64,000 bases of DNA from Mytilus edulis (Eukaryota): assembly GCF_963676685.1 (NCBI RefSeq), contig NC_092346.1, forward strand, positions 30,566,001 through 30,630,000. The letters run 5' to 3'. Below, piece by piece: positions 34,769 to 48,900 of the stretch. The position numbers and the translations under genes are program-made. Numbering within the stretch: position 1 is the stretch's first letter; the number at the start of each line of letters is the position of its first letter. A model generated the notes under the pieces. It did not search any database. It had not been told where the DNA came from and saw only the letters and a program-made list of their open reading frames with translations.

Positions 34769-35356
34769 TTAATAACATTAATAACACGTGTTTTCAAAGA
34801 CGTTTCAACAAAAAGAAATATTTTAAACATATCTTAAAAAAGGTTTGACTGACTTAACAGTTTATTTCTTAGTCTTATAATAGAATGTTATTGTAAGAAA
34901 TTAATATTTTTTTTAAATATAATTTCACATTATAGAGAACTGGGAATGAGTAAACATAGCCGCCTGAACACCTAATTTTAAAAGATTGGTTTTATCTGAA
35001 ATAAGGCATGAAAGGCTCGGTATTCAGACGGGTTCAACTAACTTTGTAAATTTCAAATCTGTCCTTAGACTATTTTCTATGGATATTTGCATACCTTGTA
35101 ATGATCCCATTAACACAGATGAATACCTTAAATTGTTTAAACGGACAGAAAACATAAATCATAAGAAGATGACGATGTCTGTTATTGTCTCATCTCATTT
35201 AATATTGTTTTATGATCTTTTATGTCAAAAATAACAAAACAACAAGGTTTCGATCTGTTCTAATTAGAAAATACTTGTGTGACATGATCCAAACATTCTT
35301 GTTAGTTTGTTTTAGACCGGATACAAATAAACTGCTGTTAAAAATATGATCGACAC

Positions 35357-35642
35357 TGAGGTTCTTGGTTCGATCACCGCTCCGGGGAGAAAATTTCAGG
35401 GACTGAATTTTCGTCTCTCTCTTGACACCATTTTCGAGGAAATGATGATAGTCCGTCGGAAGGGGACGATAAATGGCTGACCCGAGTTAAGAGAGAGAGC
35501 CATATCTCTTGCACGTAAAAGACACCCTTGTATATTACGAAAAAGAGCAGTCTAATGTCGCTACAAGGCAGTATTCGCACCCGCAAAGTGGAAGAGATTG
35601 ACAATTACATGTTTGCCAATCCACTATAAATAAATATGTTTA
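35357..35642 (+). mobile_element. tRNA-derived SINE, 5'-truncated (Meta-type core)
   Basis: B-box ggttcgatc, core gtccgtcgga-ggggacg-taaatgg...gcacgtaaaagacaccc, and AT-rich tail. Confidence 0.6.
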
Positions 35643-38600
35643 AACTGACACTTCATTCTCATAATTTGAAAAGTTGGTTAGGAGAAACACTATACATTTA
35701 TTTCTCGTGCCTAAGGAGATATGAAGATCTGCTCACTCAAGAACATATAACATGACTTTTAAATGGTGATCAAATCTTCTTATCTTACTAAGCCAAGAGA
35801 AAAAAATGTTTCATTTAACCGCCTACGAAATTTTAATTTCTGAACATAAAATTATAATTTACATACTTTTTTATTTCCTTGTTTGTATAATTAAACACTT
35901 CATAAACATTGATTTAATTATTTATTCTATGACATTTTGTTGGTTTTGTTATATTTTTATATCTGAAAGAATTGTGAACACGATAATGACTATTTATATT
36001 ATCGCTATTTAGGTATAACGTGGTGTATATTCACCGCGCGTAACGCACAATATTCAGAAGGGGAATATGTAGTTTTGATCAATGTCACATTGGATATTTT
36101 AAAACAATATGATGTCGTTATCAATATTTACATACAATGGAATTATATAGATGATGACTAGGTACGCGGAATACCTCAAGAAACATGTGGTTTAATTCCA
36201 CTTATTGGTCGTATTAGACTGCGGTTAAAGAACATGAATTATCTGTTTAAAAAACTCAAGGAGAGAAAATTAAGGTTAATTCAAAGTTAATTAATGTTTT
36301 TTCTTATATATATTAAATTTTATGCGTGTTACAAAGATTTCATTATTTGTTTAGAGTAATGACTGGTTGAAGTTTCCTTTTTCATATTAAACAATGTCAT
36401 GTTATAGGTACTAAATTTTTCCAAGAAAATCAGATGAAGAAAAATATTTGTTGATAATTTTTCATTTGTAAAATAAATAAATTTAATATCAAATGCTAAA
36501 TTCATCAACCAGAACAAAATACTTGTGATTAATATTTCCGAGATGGACAACTCTCGCTTTTTGAAATTTAAACTGTTTTTCTGCAATAGCCTCCACCAAG
36601 AACATTCAAACTAAAAAGGATTGATAAATATTGAATAATTATATGACCACATGGGGAATATCAAGGAAAGCCGAATTTGAATTCAACTGTGCATGAGGGA
36701 GTTTGAAGCTTTTTTTCTTCATAATTTCTTAATTTATCAACTTAGAATTTCAGGCAAGTATGTTATAAGTTATGTCAGAGCCGACGGACTAATCTGCCGA
36801 AGATACCACCGGGAACTAACAGTTCAATAGCAGTGGTATCTGTCCAATGCTAGAAAAAGCAATTAATATATATAAAAAAACAGATGTGGTGTGATTGCAT
36901 ATGAGACAAATCTCCACAAGAGACCAAATTACACACAAATTAACAAATATATGTCACGCTACGGCCTTCAAAAATTAAGACTACATTAAATTTGGAACAT
37001 TCGAATGGCTTTTCTGGATTTTTGGAATTCGTTATCTGATTTCATTGTGTAATTTTAAAGACAGTTAACTCCATGTTTATCTAAATGAGACAACAGGATT
37101 GTTTGGCAGTCAAATGTTTACAGAGAAAAGCTTTTCAAAATTATGTTTCTATCAGCAATGTCTCTGAAAATTTCAAATTAGTGTTGATCAATTTTTATTA
37201 AAATGGTTATGCCCTTGGAAACATTAATTATGTCGATAATTTTTGCTTGAATCACTTAACCCGTTGGAGTTGCTCAAAGTCAAAACAGCAGTGACGTAGC
37301 GTAACAATAAGGACGTTATCACTGTTTCAGAGTTTGGCTTAAATTATAAGTGTCTAATTGTTTACTTGTGTAGTTGAAAATGTAAAATATTAGGTTTCAA
37401 TATAAGTCAAGCGTCCAACACGTTTCAATTTTTATCTTCATCAGACATTCAACATTCAAACCTAAACATTTGAAAGCCTATTTATAATAACTATTTCTTA
37501 ATTTATCAAAGGTGAAACAATTAGTATGTTATCATGTTCTGTGATAATCTGAATCTAGCTGTGCATTTACATTTAGGATATTGGACCATACCAGGTAAAA
37601 GTCCAAGATGTGTCAAATATTTAATCACAATCCAAATTCAGAATTGGATCAAGTTCATTTAATACTGAGCTCATGAGTTAATAAAAAAAATGTTTCAGGA
37701 AAATAGTATATACAGCAATTTGTGTATATGTAAGACATATCTTTATTTTTATAGAACTGACAGTTTTCTTTGTTATCAGTTATATACCAAACATAGGTGT
37801 TTTTGGGCAGATGTCATTTACAACCGACCGTGCAAAACCCTTATAGGTAATCAAGGTCGTTACAAAATTTCGTTAATTAATGTTTTCAAGGTACTTGATT
37901 AAATAGTAGTAATTCAATTTTCAACTTCACCAATAGATTTCTGCATTTGTATTCTATACAGTGATTTTTTTCTGAGGTAAGCATGCCATTTTTGTGAAAG
38001 CCTTCTATACTATTAAAGTTTATATTAAATTCCTGGCACAACTTTAAACACAATTTCATATATTTTCTCGGAATATTTCCAGGTAAATTATGTTAAACAA
38101 AAGACACCTGAATGGATGTTATTGTTTGTTCTTTTAACATTTGTTAGAATTGTTGTTGTCGTTATTTTTGTGCATTTCATTTTCCGTCTATGATCGCAGT
38201 TAAACTCAGAAACAGTTCTAACGTCCTCCTTGCTACGCTACGTGGACGAGATACCTGGTTGTTCTTAAGACAAGTGTTAACCTCGAGTGTTGAAGGTCGT
38301 TGGTTCAAACCTCTACCTGGCCAAACCAAATACTTAAAATAACTAATCAGGTGGCATTAAGGAGAAGGATTAAACCATTTGTTTTAACCAGTCTTGCTCT
38401 TTTTCTTATTTTGTTTGTTAAGGTAGTTTTGGTTTTAATATTATGTTAGTTTGTATTTAATGAAATTGGTTTGTTTAGTGATTGCTTGTTGGGTTTTGTT
38501 TGTTTGTTTGTATTCAATTGTTTTCTTTTGTTATTGTTTGTCGGTTTTTTTTAGGGGGTCCTGTTATCTCAATTGATACATAAAATAATTACTTAGGGCA

Positions 38601-38681
38601 TATCCAATGGGGCTTGTGTTATGTTAGGAACCTTACAATCTCTCGACAGAGAAAGGCGTCATTCGTTTACACCAGTTAATT

Positions 38682-40468
38682 TTTAGCTCACCTGGCCCAA
38701 GGGCCAAGTGAGCTTTTCTTATCACTTTGCGTCCGTCGTCCGTCGTCCGTCGTCGTTAACTTTTACAAAAATCTTCTCCTCCTAAACTACAGGGCCAAAT
38801 TAAACCAAACTTGGCCACAATCATCATTGGGGTATCTAGTTTAAAAAATGTGTCCGGTGACTCGACCAACTAACCAAGATGGCCGCCATGGCTAAAAATA
38901 GAACATAGGGGTATAATTCAGTTTTTGGCTTATAACTCAAAAACCAAAGCATTTAGAGCAAATCTGACATAAGTAAAATTGTTTATCAGGTCAGCATCTA
39001 TCTGCCCTGAAATTTTCAGATGAATCGGACAACCCGTTGTTAGGTTGCTGCCCCTGAATTTATAATTTTAAGGAAATTTTGCTGTTTTTGGTTATTATCT
39101 TGAATATTATAATAGATAGAGATAAACTGTAAACAGCAATAATGTTCAAAAAAGTAAGATTTACAAATAAGTCAACGTGACCGAAATGGTCAGTTGACCC
39201 CTTTAGGAGTTATTGCCCTTTATAGTCAATTTTTAACCATTTTTCGTAAATCTTAGTTATCTTTTACAAAACTCTTCTCCTCTTAAACTACTGGGCCAAA
39301 TTAATCCAAACTTAGCCACAATCATCTTTAGGGTACCTAGTTTAACAAATGTGTCCGATGACCCGGCCATCAAATCAAGATGGCCACCACGGCTAAAAAT
39401 AGAACATAGGGGTAAAATGCAGTTTTTGGCCTATAACTCAAAAACCAAAGCATTTAGAGCAAATCTGACATGAGTAAAATTGTTTATAAGGTCAAGATCT
39501 ATCTGCCCTCATGTTTTCACATGAATCGAACAACCCGTTGTTGGGTTGCTGCCCCTGAATTGGTAATTTTAAGGAAATTTTGCTGTTTTTGGTTATTATC
39601 TTGAATATTATTATAGATAGAGACAAACTGTAAACAGCAATAATGTACAGAAAAGACAGATTTACAAATAAGTCAACGTGACTGAAATGGTCAGTTGACC
39701 CCTATAGGAGTTATTGCCCTTTATAGTAAATTTTTAACCATTTTTCGTAAATCTTAGTTATCTTTTACAAAATTCTTCTCTTCTGAAACCACTTGGCCAA
39801 ATTCATCCAAACTTAGCCACAATCATCTTTAGGTAATCTAGTTTAAAAAATGTGTCCGGTGACCCGGCCATCAAATCAAGATGGCCGCCACGACTAAAAA
39901 TAGAACATAGGGGTAAAATGCAGTTTTTGGCTTATTACTCAAAAACCAAAGCATTTAGAGCAAATCTGACATGGGGTCAAATTGTTTATCAGGTCAAGAT
40001 CTATCTGCGCAGAAATTTTCAGATGAATCGGACAACCCGTTGTTAGGTTTCTGCCCCTGAATTGGTAATTGTAAGGAAATTTTTCTGTTTTTGGTTATTA
40101 TCTTGAATATTATTATAGATAGAGATAAACTGTAAACAGCAATAATGTTCAGCAAAGTAAGATTTACAAATAAGTCAACATGACCGAAATGGTCAATTGA
40201 CCTCCTAAGGAGTTATTGTCCTTTATAGTCAATTTTTAACAATTTTCATAAAATTTGTAAATTTTTATTAACATTTTCCACTGAAACTACTGGGCCAAGT
40301 TCATTATAGATAGAGATAATTGTAAGCAGCAAGACTGTTTAGTAAAGTAAGATGTACAAACACATTACCATCACCAAAACACAATTTTGTCATGAATCCA
40401 TCTGCTTCCTTTGTTTAATATTCACATAGACCAAGGTGAGCCACACAGGCTCTTTAGAGCCTCTAGTT
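38682..40468 (+). mobile_element. Non-autonomous Helentron/HINE-type element with internal ~501-bp tandem repeats
   Basis: 5' ttagctcacctg...gtgagct, (cgtc)n microsatellite, three ~501-bp units (38761, 39262, 39763) plus a partial unit, 3' aggtgagc and palindrome aggctctttagagcct. Confidence 0.8.
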
Positions 40469-41150
40469 CTTTTATATTTATGTCATTTTGTCATAGTCAC
40501 AATGATGAACATTTCTATCAACAGATTGAAAGGAACACTAAATATTGGTTTTACTAAAAAAAATTATAAAATTATATCATGAACTATAATTTTATTATTC
40601 TGATTATATACTGTGCGAGGAAATTCAAAATCGTAGTCATTGTCTAATTTCGTCTATCAGCCAACTATCTGTAAAAAAAAATACAATAATTAAATTATAT
40701 TTTTTACCAGGAGATATTCATTATTGATAAATACATTTTACGTAATGTGTAAATACAGACTGATGTCTGGTTTGAATGGAAAGGTTCATTCAATGTTTTG
40801 TGTATGTGCAACGCCCATTGTGACATACAGTCGAAAAATGCGACCATTCTTAACTATCATTTCTAGACAAGACAAAGTCCATGAATAATTAATTCTTGCT
40901 TCATTATAAATTGGAAATGTTATTTCTAGTTTATAATGAAGCCATGATCATGCCAGTTCAAACTACTAAATCTTATTTTAAATTTATTTGAGAATTTTCG
41001 TTGTTCGTATTGTCTATGTTAATCCACCATTACCTCTAACACTTCATCTGGCGCTTGGTCTAAACAATTCATTATAATGTATAGTTTCAGATCGCTATAG
41101 TTAAAAGTAAATAATACTTACTGGATTGAAACAAGTATACATATCATGTT

Positions 41151-41176
41151 TTAATACCCTGTATCATCACCATAAC
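41151..41176 (-). CDS. Tentative last coding exon of the repeat-protein gene (GYGDDTGY*)
   Basis: tttcag acceptor, phase 1. Composition echoes the protein's N-terminal GY/DD repeats. Confidence 0.45.
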
Positions 41177-41631
41177 CTGAAATTTAAATTAAAGCAATAT
41201 TAAAGCATACTTCAATTAACTCATCATAGATACCAGGATTGAAATTTTTTGTATTAACGCCATACCGTGTTTCTTCTACAAAAGACTCACATACTAATCT
41301 CCACGCACTTTGTGATATCCAATTATAACAAACATCGCGAACAATTCAATTTTATAATGAGAGAACATTAGTAACAATTTTAATTGTATAATTGAACAAG
41401 GGGATGGGTGGGCGTTCATCTCCTTTTTTTTCGAATCAAAACGTGATAAAAAAACAAATATACCGATGTTTGAATGGCCAGAACATACAATATATAAACT
41501 GCTATGAAATATCTCTGATAAATATCATTCCAATGTTGTAAAAGAAATACAAAGAAAATCCCATTCTCAAAAAAAAGGAACATTTATACTTCCAACTAAA
41601 ACAACACACATTTTTCATAACCAAAATTCAA

Positions 41632-41895
41632 AGTCTTGCCGAGTGGTTTAAGTAGTGGAACTACTTTTCACTTAAGCCCGTTATCACTGAGGTTGTGAGT
41701 TCAAAAATACCGTAAGTGGCAGAATCAACGCTCGACTCCAATCCTAATTGACTAGGATTGTAAGTTTTCCTACCGAAGGTCGGTGGTTCTCTACGGGTGT
41801 TCCGAAGTCCTCAACGAAAAAAAACTGACCGACCCGAAATAGCACAATGGTGTTGAAATTAGTGTTAAACATCAATCAAACAATCAATCAATCAA
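41632..41895 (+). mobile_element. tRNA-derived SINE (V-type core) with (caat)n tail
   Basis: A-box-like tgccgagtgg, B-box-like gagttcaaa, core ggtcggtggttctct-cgggt, and caatcaat tail. Confidence 0.6.
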
Positions 41896-41902
41896 TTATT
41901 AC

Positions 41903-41928
41903 CTGGTCTTCTGTTAACGTTAAACTTT
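41903..41928 (-). CDS. Tentative micro-exon 4 of the repeat-protein gene (KFNVNRRP)
   Basis: ttacag|26 nt|gtaata, phase 2 in and phase 1 out, compatible with its neighbours. Confidence 0.4.
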
Positions 41929-42711
41929 CTGTAATTTTTAGGATGGAAGACAGGAGTACCTGAAAGGAAATCTAAGTTGCAATATCTCAAGCAAGTAACA
42001 GGAATGAACAATGCCCGGTGCTTTAATACGTTAATTTGTAAACTAAACATCATGTTTATTAGAGATAGTTATTTTAAAGGCCTAAAGCCAATCAAGTTAA
42101 ATTCGTGGATGGAGTCGTTGTATTCATTTAAGCACTGCAGAATGTTTTTGTAATACAATTTATTTGGGTACGCCTGGGACTGCTTTTAAAGAACAGCAAA
42201 TCTTAATTACCAAAACGAGCCAACATTTGACAAAATATAATTTACGGTTAATATTTCCAAAAATTTTCAAGGTGATCAATATAAAATATGAAGGTTTAGT
42301 CAGTTGCTGATCATAAGTTAACTCATCGCCCATAAGTTTCTAAAAAAACCCAAATAAAAGCAAACTGTCATGAATTTATTACAACTTTTAAAATTATTCG
42401 AGCTTGATTTAACCTGGAATATCTGTTACTTTAGTTTTAATTAATGTCCTTTACAGTTATGTTTAATGGAAAAAAGCACAAATTCTTGACAAGATTTATT
42501 AAAATGAAAGGGTTCAACTGAAAAGTGCAAACCACCTAAATTTTAATTCACGACTATATTTTTTTGTTTTTATCCATTTAATTTACAGTTCCATTTCAAA
42601 AAGGTTTTTTTATATGCTTCTTTTGCAACACAACTTCTCGAAGTGCAATCTTACAAGGCCATGGACTACAATCGTTTTAGAAACTGGTAAAGTTATTGGA
42701 TTTGGTCATAC

Positions 42712-43112
42712 TTTAAATTTGCTAGTATCTCAGTTATAAGTTTATTAAAATTTGCTAGCATCTCAGTTATAAGTATATTAAAATTTGCTAGTATCTCAGT
42801 TATAAGTATATTAAAATTTGCTAGCATCTCAGTTATAAGTATATTAAAATTTGCTAGCATCTCAGTTATAAGTATATCAAAATTTGCTAGCATCTCAGTT
42901 ATAAGTATATTGAAATTTGCTAGTATCTCAGTTATAAGTATATTAAAATTTGCTAGCATCTCAGTTATAAGTATATTAAAATTTGCTAGCATCTCAGTTA
43001 TAAGTATATTAAAATTTGCTAGCATCTCAGTTATAAGTATATTAAAATTTGCTAGCATCTCAGTTATAAGTATATTAAAATTTGCTAGTATCTCAGTTAT
43101 AAGTATATCAAA
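42712..43112. repeat. 33-bp minisatellite, ~12 copies
   Basis: Unit ttaaaatttgctagcatctcagttataagtata. Confidence 0.95.
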
Positions 43113-43140
43113 CTATTAATTTTACACACAAGGCCTAAAC

Positions 43141-43186
43141 ATAAACTGTCGTCTGCCTCCGTTTCTGATTGTTATGCCATTCATAC
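43141..43186 (-). CDS. Tentative exon 3 of the repeat-protein gene (GMNGITIRNGGRR...)
   Basis: tttgttacag acceptor, phase 1. The exon end is ambiguous (43147, 43141 or 43126, all phase 2). Confidence 0.4.
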
Positions 43187-45914
43187 CTGTAACAAAAATA
43201 TTTATTTTCATAATCTTATGAAAAGGTTTTAAAAAAATATTTTTTTAGGAAGATGTCATTTGGGCAAAGACAATTCATCCAAAGACATCGGGAATAATAT
43301 GGTTTCTGAATTAATCAAACTATCGCCGGTCTTCCATGAAGTAATCAACTCCGAAGTAAGTAAATCCGCGGGAACAGTATGGTTTCTAAAGAAAAGATCG
43401 CCCCGGATACAGTACGGTTTCTGAAGTAAGAACAGGTTTTGACTTTTTCATAATCAAACGACATGATAGTTCCTTATTGTAATTAACTTCAATTTTGAAT
43501 ACTGTGGCTCTTTTTTATTTTATTATAAAAAGAATATGTGCCACATGACAACTCTCAACAAGAGACCCCATGACGCGGAAATTAACAACTGTAGGTTATC
43601 GTACGACATTCAACAATGAGTAAAACCCATACTGCATAGTCAGCTATAAAAGGTCCCGAAATGACAAATATAAAACAATTCAAACAAAAAAACTTTAGCG
43701 TTTAAATTAAGTATCAGAGTTTAAGTCGCCTAGGGCAGCAGTGAAGAGACATTTAAATTGTCGAACTGCGAATCTAGGGCAGTAAATTAATGCCGTTGTT
43801 GTTTTAATTCCATATAAAGATTAAGATGTCGATCTCGGTCAAAATAAAAGAGAAGAACTTGATTCGAAAACAGAATTGGTAAAACAATAAAAGAAGATAG
43901 AGTTCGAGAAGACTTTTAAAGCTTTTAAATCAAAGAAGGAATATTTGGAATAGCATTTCGGTAAAACAAATAGGTAAAATTTTTATACACCTTTTTTGAA
44001 TTTTGAGCAAACCGACAAATCACAAAAGAATTATCCCACTCTTGATTTCTAAATACGATTTTTTAAAGGATTTGAAAGTTTTACCTAGATTTTTTTCGAT
44101 TTAATACTTCGTTTTCAAACTAACTGTTTAAAACACCGATATAATCAGACCAACAATATATTTGGGGGTTTTATATAAACTATTAGCGTTTATTAATTAT
44201 TAATTATCTAATTTCTAACACAATTTTATATTAATATTCTTGTAATTCTTATAAAATACAACAAACTCATAGTTACAAACCTGAACTTGAACAGTATCCA
44301 ATTTTTTAGAAATTTACATGTGACGTCACTTTTGTGGCGTTGTGACTTTGATGGAGATTTGTCTCATTTGCACTCATACCACATCTTCTTATATCTATTG
44401 ACCCAGTCGTGTGAAGCCAGTTCATGGTTATGTTGTGCTGTTTTGTGTGCTGTCCTATGTTGTTTCATGTGTTCGTTTTTATTCTGTGTTTAGCATGTCG
44501 AAATGTACTATTGTATTGTTTATTGGTGTATTGATCTGTCCTGAATGTTCTTGTATTTATTTGTACTGTATTCCTGTCATGTGATGGGGCCATTTTAGTG
44601 TTATATTTAACATTGCCATCAAAAGTAAAATCACAAAAATACTGAACTCCATTGAAAAGAAAATCGGAAAGTCCCTAATCACATGGCAAAATTAAATGGC
44701 AATACACATAAAAAACGAATGGACAACAACTGTCGTATTCCTGACTTGGTAGAGGCATTTTCAAATGTAGAAAATGGTGGATTGAACCCGGTGTTATAGC
44801 GCTAAACCTCTCACTTTGTACGACAGTCTCATCAAATTCCGTTATATTTACAACGATGCGTGAACTAAACAGACACAATAAATAAAATAGTCAAAAATAT
44901 GGGTACATCAGTCGTCACCGTGTTACAATTTTACAAAAAACACAAAAGCATCAAACAAATAAAAACACAGTCATTGCTTCGCGTTTCTGACGTCAGAAAA
45001 TTTATACATCACATAGGAAGAAATTTTGTCGTTCAATGTATATACAAAATAATTTTATCATTTCACATGGGCATTGTTGGCATACAGGGTTTAAATCAAA
45101 AGTATGTTAGAATTAATTTCAGAAATAGACCGATATTTAAAACTGTCCAGAAGTTCTTTAGAATTGATAAGAATTCACAAGTGCAAGGTTTGGCTAGTCA
45201 CAGGTTCAACCCACCATTTTTCTTAAAATGTCCTGTACTAAGTCATGAAAATAGCAGTTATTATCTTATAGTTTCTCTGTGTGTTGCATTGTCACATGTA
45301 TTTTGTTCACTTCAGTGTTTCTGTTGTTTCGTTGTTCTCCTCTTATTGTTGATGTGTTTTCCTCGGTCTTAGTTTGTAACCCAGATTTATTTTTGTCTCA
45401 ATTTATTTATTTAGCGGTCTACTACGGTTGCCTTTACTTATGGAACATCGTAAAAGACCTTAAGTTAATCGTCAGTAAAATGGTATTGCATAAAACATGC
45501 AGGAAAATATCATAGATATTTACAATTTTCCCTATGTGTTACTGTTAAGGTCCTATAACTCTGGTAAGATATATCTGAAAATTTTGAAATTTTCACATTT
45601 ACTCATTCAAACAATATTGAATAATCTTTGATCCAAGCTACTCAATGATTAGTACAAAATGCAAATACAAAATTTAACCATAAAAGAGACGAGCAAAATG
45701 TTTGTCATCGTAAATAGCCTAAATAATAGTAAAGAGACTATATTTGTCAAACAACAGCGAATCTTACATAATCTTAATTCTGTCTCACACGAATGCTTGA
45801 ACAGCATTTAGGAAACTTCCTTTAAAAAACGCTTTACTGAATTAAAGATTCATGTTTCCTTTCTGGGTCATAATTGTTCATTGTTCTGATCTGTTACATT
45901 TTACTATAACTTAC

Positions 45915-48900
45915 CTCCATTGTTAACCTTTCGATACCCTGTAGACCCATAGTCATTTCCGTGACCTGAAGTAGTATGTGTGCTTTGAGATCCACCTAAG
46001 ATGTTGGATATTTGGCCGACCGAATTTCCTGTGTTGCTAGCGCTTGGTACAACTATAACCTTCTTAGATTTTTTATATCCGGAAGACCCATAGTCTTTTC
46101 CGTGACCAGACCACGGTGTATGTATGCTTTGAGATCCGCCTAAAATTGCGGCTATATGGTCAGCCGAATTTCCTGTGTTGCCAGAGTTAGATATTACAAC
46201 CTTTTTAGATTTCTTATATCCTGAAGACCCATAGTCTTTTCCTTGACCTGAAGATGTATGTGAGTTTTGGGATCCACCTAAAATTCCGGCTATAATTCGT
46301 GCCGAATGTACTGCGTTGCTAGTGTTCGGAACAACTATAACCTTCTTAGATTTTTTATATCCTGAAGACCCATAGTCTTTTCCGTGACCTGAAGATGTAT
46401 GTGAGTTTTGGGATCCACCTAAAATTCCGGCTATAATTCGTGCCGAATGTACTGCGTTGCTAGTGTTCGGAACAACTATAACCTTCTTAGATTTTTTATA
46501 TCCTGAAGACCCATAGTCGTTTCCGTGACCTGAAGATGTATGTGTGTTGTGAGATCCACCTAAAATTCCGGCTATAATTCGGGCCGAATGTACTGTGTTG
46601 CTAGTGTTCGGAACAACTGTAACCTTCTTAGATTTTTTATATCCTGAAGACCCATAGTCTTTTCCGTGACCTGAAGATGTATGTGTATTGTGAGATCCAC
46701 CTAAAATTCCGGCTATATGGTTAACTGAACTACCTGTGTTTCCAGAGTTTGATACAACTACAACTTTTTTATGTTTCTTATATCCTGAAGACCCATAGTC
46801 ATTCCCATAACCTGACGATGAATGTGTACCCTGGGATCCACCACCTAAGATTCCGGCTCGATTGCCGACTGAATTTCCTGTGCTTCCAGAGTGCGATACA
46901 ACTACAACTTTTTTTTTAGGTTTCTTATATCCTGAAGACCCATAGTCATTTCCATAACCTGACGATGTATGTGTCCCCTGAGATCCACCACCTAAGATTC
47001 CGGCTAGATTGCCGACTGAATTTCCTGTGCTTCCAGAGTTTGATACAACTACAACCTTTTTAGGTTTCTTATATCCTGAAGACCCATAGTCATTTCTATA
47101 ACCTGACGATGTATGTGTGCTTTGAGATCCACCTAAAATTCCGGCTATATGATTAACTGAACTACCTGTGTTTCCAGAGTTTGATACAACTACAACTTTT
47201 TTATGTTTCTTATATCCTGAAGACCCATAGTCATTCCCATAACCTGACGATGAATGTGTACCCTGAGATCCACCACCTAAGATTCTGGCTAGATTGCCGA
47301 CTGAATTTCCTGTGCTTCCAGAGTGCGATACAACTACAACTTTTTTAGGTTTCTTATATCCTGAAGACCCATAGTCATTTCCATAACCTGACGATGTATG
47401 TGTCCCCTGAGATCCACCACCTAAGATTCCGGCTAGATTGCCGACTGAATTTCCTGTGCTTCCAGAGTTTGATACAACTACAACCTTTTTAGGTTTCTTA
47501 TATCCTGAAGACCCATAGTCATTTCTATAACCTGACGATGTACGTGTGCTTTGAGATCCACCTAAAATTCCGGCTATATGGTTAACTGAACTACCTGTGT
47601 TTCCAGAGTTTGATTCAACTACACCTTTTTTAGGTTTCTTATATCCTGAAGACCCATAGTCATTCCCATAACCTGACGATGAATGTGTACCCTGAGATCC
47701 ACCACCTAAGATTCCGGCTAGATTGCCGACTGAATTTCCTGTGCTTCCAGAGTGCGATACAACTACAACTTTTTTAGGTTCCTTATATCCTGAAGACCCA
47801 TAGTCATTTCCATAACCTGACGATGTATGTGTGCTTTGAGATCCACCTAAAATACCGGCTATTTGGTTAACTGAATTTCCTCTGCTTCCAGAGTTCGATA
47901 CCACTACAACCTTTTTATGTTTCTTATATCCTGAAGGCCCATAGTCATTTCCATAACCTGACGATGTATGTGTACCCTGAGATCCACCACCTAAGATTCC
48001 GGCTAGATTGCCGACTGAATTTCCTGTGCTTCCAGAGTTTGATACAACTACAACCTTTTTAGGTTTCTTATATCCTGAAGACCCATAGTCATTTCCATAA
48101 CCTGACGATGTATGTGTGCTTTGAGATCCACCTAAAATACTGGCTATATGATTGACTGAATTTCCTGTGCTTCCAGAGTTCGATACAACTACAACCTTTT
48201 TATGTTTCTTATATCCTGAAGACCCATAGTCATTTCCATAACTTGAAGATGTATGTGTGCTTTGAGATCCACCTAAAATACCGGTTACATGGTTGACTGA
48301 ATTTCCTGTGTTTCCGGAGTTCGATACAACTACAACCTTTTTATGTTTCTTATATCCTGAAGACCCATAGTCATTTCCATAACCTGACGATGTATGTGTC
48401 CCCTGAGATCCACCACCTAAGATTCCGGCTAGATTGCCGACTGAATTGCCTGTGTTTCCAGAGTTTGATACAACTACAAGTTTTTTAGGTTTCTTATATC
48501 CTGAAGACCCATAGTCTTTTCCATAGCCTGAAGATGTATGTGTGTTTTGAGATCCACCTAAAATGTTAGATATGTGGCCGCCCGAATTTCCTGTGATGCT
48601 TGTGTTCGGTACCACAATAACCTTCTTAGATTTTCTATATCCAGAAGTGCCACAGTCATTTCCATGACCTGACAATATGTGTGTGCTTTGAGTTGCCCTT
48701 AAAATTCCGGCTATATGACCGACCGAATTTCCTGTGTTGCTTGTCCTTGGTACAACTACAACCTTCTTAGATTTCTTATATCCTGAAGACCCATAGTCTT
48801 TTCCATACCCTGCCGATGTATGTGAGTTTTGGGATCCACCTAAAATTCCGGCTATAATTCGGGCCGAATGTACTGTGTTGCTAGTATTCGGGACAACTAC

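Noticed and set aside
42693-43119. ORFs MLANFNILITE(n) and MKFASISVISIL(n)
   Set aside because: Translation products of a 33-bp minisatellite.
44625-45515. ORFs 44899..45372 and neighbours
   Set aside because: They overlap dispersed repeat families found several times in the window and have no protein motif.
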